Shown in pieces: positions 1-15,025 of a DNA stretch of 64,000 nt. The position numbers were made by a program, and so were the translations under genes. The stretch comes from Ophelia neglecta (taxonomy: Eukaryota), in assembly GCA_965285935.1 (NCBI GenBank), contig OZ260661.1, positions 34,224,001-34,288,000 on the forward strand, written 5' to 3'. Below the pieces are notes generated by a model. The model saw nothing but the letters and a program-made list of their open reading frames with translations, was not told where the DNA came from and did no database searches. Position 1 is the stretch's first letter, and every line of letters starts with the position of its first letter.

Positions 1-439
1 GAGATTTTGGCAGAATTTACAATTGTTTTTGGGCGATATATCGGGGAGACACATATATTTACTTCGATAAAGCCGAAAGTTCGGTTAGTTGATGTTTGGC
101 TATCTAGTTATGAGATCAAATGGATGTTATGCTGCATAAAAGTCTTTATCCTAGGCTCCGATTCTTCGTGCTCAGCCGGCTCCAACTCATATATTTCCTC
201 GACTTTACCTGTGAATCTACCAGTTCACAAACCTTATTAATAGAGCACAGAACTCCGCGATGTATCAGACAACAGTGCCTTCACCGAAGCTGCGCACCCG
301 GGCCGCGCAGTGATGGCAGAACGAGTGGTTGACCAGGAAGTTCGAAAAATTCAGTATTAGGCCTATAGGCACATACTACTTGTTTGGGCTATCTTGAATA
401 CTGAGAATTGAGACAGTTTGAAATTAATTTTGCTCGTAC

Positions 440-975
440 TATCATGAAGGTCAAAGCATTAGGTCATATGAAGGTCACCATTAGATTCCTTGAAAATGAG
501 CTACTTTCATATAGTATAGTAAGTCAAAATGTTTTGTGACTAATTTGCGTCGCCAAATCAGGGCATTGAGCTTCTTGTATTCTCCATTCGACCTTGAGAA
601 ATATGCCAATGCGAAAAATTGAAAATGAGTTCATATCAAAGTTCCGCTTAATTCATATCAATTCCGCCTTTCGTATTTTACATCGGTAGACCTGAAAAAG
701 GCGTTTACATTTTTTTTATACGACGTTAAAAACGAGGTTCAGGTTAAATAAAGTTCAGCGTTAGAATCCTTAAATATGAGATCTTATTAGTGAGCAGCAC
801 GTTTGTCATGCCTGTCCTAAACCGTGAGGCCACAACGAGGCGTTCTCAAAGCGACCTTCAAATATAGGTTATAGTCAAAATCAAGGTCACCATTGGATTC
901 TTTATGGTGAGTTACCATTTATAATCAACATACCAGTCGTGTTTATTTTGCACCGTTAGGTCACCACAGGGTGTT
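440..975. repeat. Degenerate repeated segment, likely an old DNA-transposon remnant
   Basis: AAGGTCACCATTAGATTC (471-488) vs AAGGTCACCATTGGATTC (883-900), with weaker variants near 761 and 959. Confidence 0.4.
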
Positions 976-3673
976 GAAAATATAGTTTTCTCAGTACAAG
1001 TTTGAAAAATGGATCAAATGTGAAAACTCTATGTGATTTCTCACATTTAACTTCCGATTAACGTTTCCTACAGCTGGTAGACTTATCTCTAGCCGGTAGA
1101 CAGATTTTTGCAGAACAACATGTTTTCCAATATAAATAATTTAACCATTTCAAATGTTCCGCCATTTTCCTCGATTGGAAAATGTTGCAATTTGGGGTCT
1201 TTGTATTTTGAAGAAATGTGCCAGGGTCCCTTCTGAAAACATTTGAAGAAATAGATATCAAATCACATGCAGGAAATAGTAGAGAATTTAATAATAATTT
1301 TATTGAAATGTTAGAAGCTTATAAAAAATGAGAAAAAAACCTCAAACTTTTTGATCATTGTACTCCGAGGGATCACAGTAAGAATATTCAGGCGCAATTT
1401 GAAAATGAACCAATCAGGACTGAGCAGAAATTTACAGAAAATGTGTTCATTTTTAACCAAAAAAAAAACCCAATATCTTCCTTTTAATTGTAAAAATTAT
1501 TGGAGATTGGTAGCAGATTTGGTTTAAACATATTTATACGTAGACAAACTTGGCCATACCCATTACACTTGAAAATGAACTAAATAATAAAACAAGCAGT
1601 TTAAACTTGTGTAGAACTTAAGTTTGTCCTTGAATCCTTGTAGAGGGTTCCGCAAACTTTCCATTAGAAAAAGACCTACAGGAAGTCCATACCTATCTTT
1701 CTATAATTTAAAGGTGTTTCTCAATGAACCGAGGTAGCTTCCTATTTATACTGGAAGGAAACTGATTTATCACTGCAGTAATGTAAAATGAAAAAAAAAC
1801 ATATATTGAAGAATCTGTAATTGAAATGACAAAAGGCGATTTCAATTTACTGAGAATATTGTCTAAGATCCAGTATTAATCCCAGGGCCGGTGCGGAGCG
1901 ACACAGATGGTAGATGTGATAAGTCCATTAGGTCCTAAATGGAATCACTCCGCCGCCAAATCCACGTAAATTCAGACATAATGCGGGCTTGGCTCGTCGT
2001 AATTAGGGGCGAGAAGTACACCATTATGGTCGTCTTCTGTCGCATCCACTCAATAAATTTGTAAAATTATTTCAGAAATGAAATTGCTTACGCATTCTCC
2101 CCCCATTAAAGGCTCAACATATCGTCGGATCTGGGCGCTGGAATCAGTAGGGATAACGCGCAGGTCAATTTGTCAGCGTCCGCAGCAGGCGAAATGTCGG
2201 CTGCCTTCTAATGGCCGACTCAGGGATTTGCCTTCCATAATTAATGACTTCTAAATAAGCTTCTGAATAGGCAATATGTGTCATGGAGCCCTTTATACCT
2301 CACTTGCGCACATGGCTTTTAATTTGCCGCCGCTCTTCAGTCTCGTTTGCCGCAAAACCCTGTCACTTAGATAATTATTGGCGCGCTTATTTGTAGCGCT
2401 ATTCTCCTCAGCGTAAATGATGGCCGACGTCTCGGGTGTCATAGACCACGGCAGGAAATTAGCCAAATTACCGCCAGCTAGATATACGTCCGCCGGGAAA
2501 TTTGCACAATGGCCACCCTGATAAACAATGAAATAAACATGGCGACATAAAATTATCGTAATCCCAGGTTGTTGGATAGTTCATCCCAGGCCTGGGGCCT
2601 GGCACAGACCTGATAATACGCATTCAAAGACGGTCGGGCCAAGCCCCGAGGAGCCCCTGAACAACAGGAAGTGCACAAATGACTCCAGGTACATCGCCCC
2701 ATCATTGTCCAAAGTGTATTGGTTATCACATCTGGACGGAAAAAACATGTAAAAAGGGAACATATGAGAATATGTTTGACATTATCTTTTTAAAAACAAT
2801 CGAAAGAGAGGACATTAATTTCTTCTTGTCTCTTTCATGTTTTGATCTTATGACAAAGTGGGTCCATTTTGTCTGTATAGGACTTATTATCCTCGCCATT
2901 TTAGAAAAAAAATCCTTCAAATTCGGCTAGTAGAGTGAGCTTTTACAAATTATCTATAACGTCATTATATAAAGCGTTCAAGATTTGTATACCTCGTACT
3001 CTCAGGGAATAATATTTGTTGTATTAAATAATAAGTGGGGCATAGTGGATTGTTCCGTTGAATGATGGTGTATTTATTTGTAAATTGAGAACAAACATTC
3101 CATTAAAACTTTCTGGTAGACTGTTATACATTAATACCATGTAATTATAACATCCATCAATATTAAAACAACTTCTTAAATACATGACGACCTAGCCCCA
3201 GGCTCTCCCTGAAGCTACTGACTTTTCTGCTAGACATAAGAGGGCGGGAGAGGAGGAGAGGGTGGCGTGCCCTCTCGTCCCGACCCCCCACTTAATATCC
3301 AGCAGTGGTGAAGGCTGGACATCGATAAGGTAAACGCTTATTAGTGTCCCCTTAATGTTCCGCCATTAAGTGTTATATAGGCCTATATGTTAAAAAAGAA
3401 AATATGCACGCGAACAAATATGGTTTACTGTCACATACATTATTATGTAGGCCTATAAATAAGCATGCTGCGATGTTTGTGTAGCCCTAAACCCGTACAT
3501 CCTGGTCCTGATATATTTTCATGTAATATTTGACAATAATAGACCAATAGCTTTATGTGTATTGTCATTTAGTATTGCTATAACGAACTTAGTGCAAGTA
3601 TTGCGTCTCGTAACCCACCGTAGGCTATATAAATACATACATAGGGGCTTATGTATATATGTATATATATATT

Positions 3674-3852
3674 CAGTGGAACCTGTGAATTGAGACCACC
3701 CAGGGGACTGGAAAACACCGGTCTGATTAGAGAGGTGGTCTGTTTAGACAGGTTATTATTTCATTGAAAGTATACAGCAACATCCTCACATTGGTGGTAT
3801 GAATTGACAGGTGGTCTGATTATAGAGGTGGCCGTTAAGGCCGGTTTGACTG
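3674..3852. mobile_element. ~180 bp MITE, family 1 copy 1 (Tc1/mariner-pogo-like non-autonomous element)
   Basis: Imperfect TIRs CAGTGGAACCTG...CCGGTTTGACTG, set in a (TA)n context, with internal AGGTGGTC repeats. Clearly homologous to 22938-23115 and 30488-30665. Confidence 0.85.
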
Positions 3853-6690
3853 TATATATATATTAAGTCGATTACATGTTGGGACCGAGTCAATTACCAC
3901 ACACTCAGAAAAAATCGTGTTTTTAATGTTTTATTGAAAAGCAATCAATTAAGACAAGACTTTGGGGAGCTTTAAATCGTTGAAACACTCTCAACCAGTC
4001 AATTACCCTAACTTACAATAACTAATGCTCCGGGGCGAGCGGCCATCAAACATCGCTATAATACGAGCGGTCATGCTTGCCATACGCTTAAAATTTGCAT
4101 TGCAGATATCAGGGCTTTTGAAGAATTCACCCGGGACCGATTAAATTTCTAAAACATTGTTCTGTGTTTGTTTTTATGCAAAACATCACGCCTTAACCCG
4201 GAGTATCAACAAGGGATGCGTGGTCCAACAATAACTCGAGAGCGGCCCCGGACAAAGGGAGTAAGCTGGGAGCTGCCGTTTGATCAACCACATCCCAGTG
4301 CTTGTCACATGGAGTGGAGAGGGCATGGTTTCAAATAAGTTCATCCAAATAACATGCACTTCCTTGCAATGAAAATAATTTATAATGGTATAGAACTAGG
4401 CTGATAAAAATGTTAATGTTTATAGTTGGAAAAGCCTTACACGGACAAAAAAAAATATATATAGGGCATTTTATTGTGTATTTATATGCATTATCCGGAG
4501 AGTAGGCCTATATCTTTACAAAGAATCCAACTATTTGTACGCTAAAATTGTGCACATGGTAATAAACAAAGGATGATCAACTTAGTTATAATTCCCTCTA
4601 TGCGTTTATTTTAAGTATAAAAGACGAGGCTAGTGAATGTGCTTATATTTATAAACTATAGCAAAAACGATAGTACATGGAAAGGATTATCCAACTCCGA
4701 GACCTATTTAAAGTTGACCACATTAGATTATAGTTGGCGGTCGTTAACCACCAGCCAGCTGTCGGGGCCATTTACACGAGACCGGTGATACACGAGGGGC
4801 AATATCGGCAAAATCGTCTAACTGTCGACGTGGAAAATCTGTCTACTGTGCCGTGAAATTACAACGATTGTCTTGAAAGAGTCATCAAATCGAACTAAGC
4901 GTTCCATAAATTACACTATTTGCCAAAATCAGGCCATAATAGCGTTTCTCCTGATGAAATTCGTCAGAGAACAGTGACACTCTCCAAATTTCACAAGTGA
5001 ATGTCAACGAAAATGAGGCAATTTCTAATAGCCTCTTTATAAATATAGACAGCGATATATTGTACATGAAATTAAAGCTTTTCCAAGTATTAATAACCTA
5101 TGTAACATACTAACCATACAGGGAGACTTGTAAAGCATTGGGGCCTAAACGGTCTTCTAGTCTTTATAAAGGAAATCATAGGCCCCACAAGCTGCTGAAG
5201 TATGAATACAAATTCGGAGGCCTCGGTAATATGGCAGTTGGTGCCTGCCGTAACCAGACCGGAGACGCCTTCCCTAATGAAAATAACGGAGGATCTACTA
5301 TAAATGATCTGGTGGAAGATGCAGCGCGCCCTGGCCAGTATGCACTGTACATTGACCAGTGGGGAAGGGGTCTCCCGGCTGGACTGAGGAGGTCGGGAGA
5401 ACCCAGAACTAGGGACTTAATGAAAGCTGAGGACACAACTATCTAGTGCATGGGATCTCTACTATACAAGCGCGGGAAGCCGATTGTTGGGCAGACATTA
5501 TACTCGAGTGCCAGTGACCACTGACCCGTGGACTCTTCCCTATATATATATGCATTTTTATTGGATCTTTCCATTTAGGCTATACTTTTGTACCATTTTT
5601 GCATTCGACGTATTTCACGATTTAATATAATATTTAAGACAAACAAGGCAGCAGATGCAATTTACTATTCGATTTACATACGTAAGAGTCCCTTAAAATT
5701 AATGTCGGCTTTAATGTACAGGATATAAATTATATTTATTATTTAGGCAAGTAGATGTAATAATTGAACAACTTTCTTTCTGCTCACAAGTAGCTCGCTT
5801 TGCTACCGATCACGTCTCAGTGTATATATTGTCCCGAAGGTCGGCGGCTTGCCACTTCCTTTGTTCTACACCAACCCGGCGGCCTAGACTGTGTTCTTTT
5901 TCACCCAAATTTGTCCGTTTTAGGTTGCGGTTTCAGTGGCTGGTTTAGGCGTGTTGACAATGGGTTGTGGACCTCGCCTGTAGAGGTCTTATACCCAACA
6001 GATCAATGCTGGGTATCACGACGATGCCCCCCCCCCCCCCTAGCCAGTTTCCTCATTCCTAGATCCGACACGGAGTTTAATCTTCCCTGAAAATGGTTGA
6101 CAAATTCCGTTAAGAGCCCCGCCATCGACCCTGGTAATAAAACACGGGCTGGTATTACTCGTCTTTGTGTGAGTTGTTGGCTGAGGAGAGGAGATAGTCT
6201 CAGTATGAGCCACATCTCCCAGAGATATTGACTGGGCCACTTAACTCCTGACTGCCGTGTTTACTCACCATTCTCGGCGCAATATCGCTAATTGAAAAGC
6301 TACGATTTATGCTCACCGTCCTGTATTATCGCTCATTTCTGTAATAGCCCCGTACCAGCGATGATCCTCGCCGCTAATTTCCCTAATCGCTTGTACAAAT
6401 GTCTCGTTTGGGGTTATCATCTCACGAGAGAGCTCGGAGCCTTATCGTGCTGCGCCATACCCCGATTTGCAATGAGGGAGCACACAGCTAATGGAGGGCG
6501 ATATTTGAGAATGTAAAAGGCCACATCACTCATCCGGCATCAGGCATATTTCGTATAAAGAGCGCAAAACATAAGCTCCAGCTTCAGGAGATTGCTTCTA
6601 ATTGCTATTGAATCAAATCGTTCTATTTATAGAGAACATCACTGTTGCCTGGGTTACATTAAAACTTGGCTAGAGACCATTTCTTTAGAA

Positions 6691-6754
6691 TACTCCCTTA
6701 AAGAAGTTTCCTGGCTCTCGTGTCCCCTAGCAGTTCCTTAAAGAAGTGTCATGT
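6691..6754 (+). repeat. Detached ~1.5-unit copy of the same minisatellite
   Basis: CCTGGCTCTCGTGTCCCCTAGCAGTTCCTTAAAGAA is nearly identical to 7433-7468. Confidence 0.85.
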
Positions 6755-7250
6755 AGCTATTTCATGCCACATTAGATGTTTAATATTATATAATAGGCCC
6801 AGGCATGTAGCCTAATAAACGTAAGCCTTAATCATTTTTGAAATTTGTCAAGGCTTGGGCCTTTTCCGGAACATATATATATATATACCTATGCTTTGTT
6901 TCGTAGTTTGGCCCGTGCTTATTTCTTATTCGCCTGGTTTCTAGCTCATTTCGCTTAATAATTAAACTTCGCTTTAACTTCCTGCTTGAGAAGTGCATTG
7001 TTTTACTAAGGCATAGGGCTAGAGGCGATATCAAGGAGACAATTCCAGTTTTTCTTGCTTTTATCTCTTTTAGGAAATCGTTTGGCCATATTTGGTAGCA
7101 CGAAAACATGAACGCATGTGAGAGAATTTTATAAATATGTTCTTTGTGTACAAGAGAAAAGAACAGTTACAGGCCTATAGTTTTCAAAAGAGGGATTCGC
7201 TTTCGCTAGTAAAACCCGAGTGTGGTGCGTGTCCATGTCCCTTCTAGAGG

Positions 7251-7754
7251 GGGAGGCGGATCCATGGGGCTGAGCCCCGAGACCCCCCTCTGGATGGGCA
7301 ACTCACCGCCACATCCCCCAGTCAATCTGGAGCAACTACGAGAAAGAAGGGAAGGGTCCCTTGTGTCCCAAAATACTCCCTTAAAGAAGTGTCTTGTCTT
7401 GTCTTGTCTCCCAATATTCCCTTAAAAAGCCTCCTGGCTCTCGTATCCCCTAGCAGTTCCTTAAAGAAATGTCGTATTACTCCACAATACTATATAAAAT
7501 GAAGAATTCTCCTGTCCCATTTATCCCCCAATTCTCCCTTAAAGAAGTGTCAGTTCCCTCGTGTCCCCAAATACTCTTTAAAAGAAGTGTTATGTCACTC
7601 GTGTCCCCCAATACTCTCTTTAAGAACTCTCCTGTCCCATGCACCCACCAATACCCCTTATAGAAGTGTCATGTCCCTCGTGCCTCCCGGGCCAACACTC
7701 CCTTAAGAAGTCTCCTTGCCCTCGTGTCCCCCAACACTCCCTAAATCCGCAGTG
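7251..7754. mobile_element. Probable GC-rich-TIR MITE (PIF/Harbinger-like) carrying an internal minisatellite
   Basis: Ends GAGGCGGATCCATGGGG ... CCCTAAATCCGCAGTG resemble the GGCGGATCC/GGATCCGCC terminal inverted repeats. TSD not resolved. Confidence 0.5.
7356..7742 (+). repeat. Minisatellite, ~10 degenerate units of ~40 bp (consensus approx. GTCCCTCGTGTCCCCAAATACTCCCTTAAAGAAGTGTCAT)
   Basis: Unit cores recur at about 7364, 7406, 7444, 7479, 7522, 7562, 7602, 7642, 7686 and 7725. Confidence 0.9.
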
Positions 7755-9203
7755 GAATGCAAATGTATAGGTAAATCATACGGCTGGTTCATTTTTATGA
7801 TATAATGCACGTGCACTGTCATTTCGACTGATATTTCCGGAAAGAAGAATATAAAACAAGTGTTTAACTGTTATTGTTATCACGAAGCACTCGTTATTGA
7901 GCCTATTCCTTTGGAATGTGTAAAAAATAGGGCAATTCGGATAACATGAAAACAGAGAGGAAATGAGTAATCAATTCCATGAAATTGGTAAAAAATGCAC
8001 GAAGAAATATATCACATCGCATTAAACTCATTCAGTAAACCTTTAAATGTGTCCATATAGTGGGAAAGTTTGAAAACATAGCTTGAAAATGATAAACGAA
8101 CTCAATCACAATGCTTGGTTTTGTCTCAAAACCAAAGATTCAAACCCCTATTGTCTGCGAAGATCCCTTACCAACAAGTAAGATGTTAAATGTGTAATGA
8201 CATGGGACATCAAAGGGGGTGTCCTTAGAACCTCCCTCCTAACAATGTCAAATTACCCTGTAATTGTAACACAAAGATCACGTCTCAGTTAATTATCAAG
8301 TCAATGCTATACGCTATTCATTTCGATCGTCTGCTCGGCGTATTTGTTTTCTCTTTGGCTTCATTTCTTCAATGTTTAACAATTATATGATAACGGCTTT
8401 TGAATGAGGTGGTATCAATCAGAAGTCGGAGAAGAACATTCTTTACAAGTGTTTTATAGCGGCGCAGTGTCGTATACATTGTCCCGCGTGGCTTATTGAA
8501 TGGGGATAGTGCTGAAATCGCGGTGTGTGGCGGGAAAGCTGTGAATAGCAGACGATATCCGGCAACTAGGGTGACGCTAGCCTCCCAAAATGGCATCTCA
8601 TGTAATTACCATGATCGGTAGAAGGCACTTGCAAACTGTCTTTCATCTTGAATTCTTTTGGCGGTGTTTTAGGTGACTTCATAATCAGACATTTTATATT
8701 TTTCTACCATAAATATTACACCTCACGAGTAAACAACGATATGTTTAATCAATTAACTGTTTTTAAGCGATATTCAGATTATGATTTAACTACATTCTTT
8801 ATAAATTATCTTCTTGTTATCGTGTTAATAAATTTGCTGACTTTATTTCAATTAATAATTCATATAATAAGCCTAGATGCCTAATGGGTATAAATTTTAA
8901 TTTTTCTAGCAGCTTAAGTATTATTTATTATAATCATACGCTCTCAGGTCTATATGTTGCTTATTTTGATTATTCTTGAATAATTAACAAGTCAACTTTT
9001 TTAATATAATTGGTGCAGGTCATTTCTTCCTAATTTAATAAAAGGCTATGTTATTTTCCTTTGTTGCCGTATGGCTTCATGATCAGGTCCTTATTCAACC
9101 CGAGCAATTTAGAATTATTTACAAATAGGCCTATTGTTAAAAAATAACCTAATTAATCAGTGGGAATAATTAACTTCAGGTCTAGTTATCATTTCAAACA
9201 GCG

Positions 9204-9209
9204 TTTATT
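9204..9209 (-). terminator. Candidate distal polyadenylation signal of copy A
   Basis: AATAAA on the minus strand about 1 kb after the stop, following a U-rich UTR-like stretch with Pumilio and miRNA-like sites. Confidence 0.45.
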
Positions 9210-10218
9210 CTGCTACATCACGTGATACATGTACACATAGGTCAAACCTTACATAGCTTTAATTTATGATAAGTTATTGCACAAATAATACACTATTTAC
9301 AATGGCTCTTTCTAAATGTATATATATCTTGGCTTATTAACATAATTTATAACATTTATCAGTACTATGTACAAATTTACACCACATTCAATGTGGTACT
9401 ATACCGTATCTGTTTTAAAAGCAAAATATCTGTTATAAAATCAGATTTCGTTTAAAATGGCACTTCAAATTGACCATACATTCTCCAAATAACAGTTTTT
9501 TCCCAAAAACGTTACTATATTTCAAATGCGGTTAAAAGATATTAACCACCTTCTGTGTTTATAGATTCTACATTATCTGCCAAAAGCGTCGTTTGGCAAA
9601 AATCGTTCAGATGCCAAAGAAGCAATGTTTACATGACATATTTATTCTTACTGAATTTTCAAAATCAATTTCATCTAATTAAGGGCCGGGACAAAACCTA
9701 CAAATCCGAGTTCTAAGGAGTCCGTTTAATTGATATGTTTGGAGAGCAAGTCACTTAGGTTGGTAAAATCATGTAAATAAAATGCGACTATTTCCATTAG
9801 CGCGCCCTGTGCCACAGTAATCCCTGCACCGAGGAAGGCCCGGGAGATAGACAAGAATGAATAGGGGTCCTTCACCAGCGAGAGATGCTCACAGTCCCAG
9901 TACTAACTATCAGTTGATAGCGATTGATAAAGTGTCTGTTACTCACTTGGTTTCACAGTGGCAGTTGGCTGTATAGTCTACCCCGCCCCTGGCTCCAAAT
10001 CTACCATAGACCGGTCTACTGTGGGTCAAGACACGCGGGAAATTAAGTCCAAAAGTCGTCTGCCGAAATGTTTTTGTTTGAAGGTGCGTCACAATCTAAG
10101 GCCTTTTGCACATCCGTTAAGTATTATTATAAAATAATATGCAGTCATTCACACAAAGTTTTCGGGTTTACTGGCACTGTAACTAGCAAATTTTATTAAA
10201 TGTTTCCTTCTGGCCCGA

Positions 10219-13712
<3,494 letters not shown>

Positions 13713-14142
13713 CGTCGTCCAGTTTTCTCTGTTTCCAGGGGTGCCACACATCTCGTCCGTACTCCCGTTCTGCTGGTTTGGTAAACTTGCCAGGGTCGAG
13801 TATATCTACCACCGAGAAGGGGGTGACACGGGGACGGCATACCTCCATCAGCCCCGGGATCTTAGGGCCGCCGGCCCGGACTAGTCCGTTCGGGGGAGGG
13901 GCAGTAGAGCACTCCCCGCTCTTGGCCACCACTGACGGGGGCCGGTCCCTCTCAGCCCTGTTCTTGTCAACCCGTAAGTCCTTTGCCTCGTTAGCGTTAG
14001 CGTTATCCCGGGGACGAGGACTGACACAGGCGGCCAGCTCGGAGCTGGTGACAGACTCCGGAGAGCCCACAGACCCTCTGTCCATATCCCCAACAGTCAG
14101 GGGAGAACGACTTCGACCTTCCTTCTCCATTCTTCCCTCCAT
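13713..14142 (-). CDS. Nkx1: NK1/Nkx1 (slouch-like) homeobox gene, copy A, coding exon 1 (143 codons + 1 nt)
   Basis: ORF starts MEGRMEKEGRSRSPL and contains the NK1-type eh1/TN motif TPFSVVDILDPGKF (13824-13783). It ends at donor GAC G|GTCAGT (phase 1), which splices in frame to the homeobox exon. Joined CDS is 954 nt = 317 aa. Confidence 0.9.
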
Positions 14143-14269
14143 AATGTGTTCACAGGTCCACAGAGCGCCTAGAAATGATCGTCAAGTCCTTCGCGCCTCA
14201 CGCTTATTGCAGACGACATTTCCAGCAGACAATTCGTGATAGTCGCACATAAATTTATTCCGATTCGCC

Positions 14270-14500
14270 AAACCAGTCACGCATGCGCTGTGGCGTTACC
14301 AAAACGGTGGCATTGGCGCATATCAAATCAAAACGGCCCTTATAGTGACATTAGGCGCTATTAATTACACGGCAAGGGGTAATTGGGCGGTGGGTTAACG
14401 AGACACCGGCCGATAGGGCTCGTTGGCCGGCACGTGTCAGTCCCTAGCATCTGTCGAGGGAGGCTGGGGATTTGAGGCCCTCTAAAAATATCGTCTGCTG
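14270..14500 (-). promoter_or_regulatory. Candidate proximal promoter of copy A
   Basis: CpG-rich block upstream of the ATG with TATA-like CTATAAGG (minus strand, ~14345-14338), TAATTA sites, a GC box and an E-box CACGTG. TSS unknown. Confidence 0.45.
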
Positions 14501-14814
14501 CATCTCGTTCGGGTGTTCACCGGGGGTGTTCAGTGTTTACAGTGTGGCAGAGCCGGAGGGCAGACACGCAATGCCATATTGTAAGGGGCTAAGTCAATTG
14601 GGAAACGACATTGACCTAAACACCCACGGGCAAAACGAAAATCAAATCAAAATAACTCCATCCTCGTGTGTTTTAAACTGAAACTTGCCTATAAGCCATC
14701 AAAAAACCATGTTTTAGTCTCCGTTAGACGCTTGTGACTAAGGGCTAGAAAAATTACCCTGGCAATTGCTTAGTTTAAAATCTATTTTTTATAATTAAGC
14801 TACAAAGTGAACAG

Positions 14815-15025
14815 CAGGGTTTTTTTCCTAGTGATAATTTGCCAGGATAGTCCGGGCTTCCTCCCCCCTCCCCCAAATTGTCTTTCCCCCAAAACTGACA
14901 TGTCCTCGTCCCAAATATTTTCATATTCTAATAAGCCACTCTATTCGAGCTAACTCGCTCCGCTATTTAAAAAAAATGCCCCCCCCCCCCTCCGCACCCA
15001 AATAAAACCTATGGGAAAAAGCCTG
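14815..15025. mobile_element. Probable small non-autonomous DNA element about 0.7 kb upstream of the copy A ATG
   Basis: Imperfect TIR CAGGGTTTTTTTCCTA / TATGGGAAAAAGCCTG with internal C-tracts. No TSD recognised. Confidence 0.4.

Noticed and set aside
7356-7742. CRISPR-like periodicity
   Set aside because: The units are contiguous degenerate repeats without unique spacers, there are no cas genes, and the DNA is eukaryotic.
13778-14239. 153-aa plus-strand ORF, and similar ORFs opposite the other exons
   Set aside because: Antisense shadows of GC-rich coding exons with no recognisable protein features.
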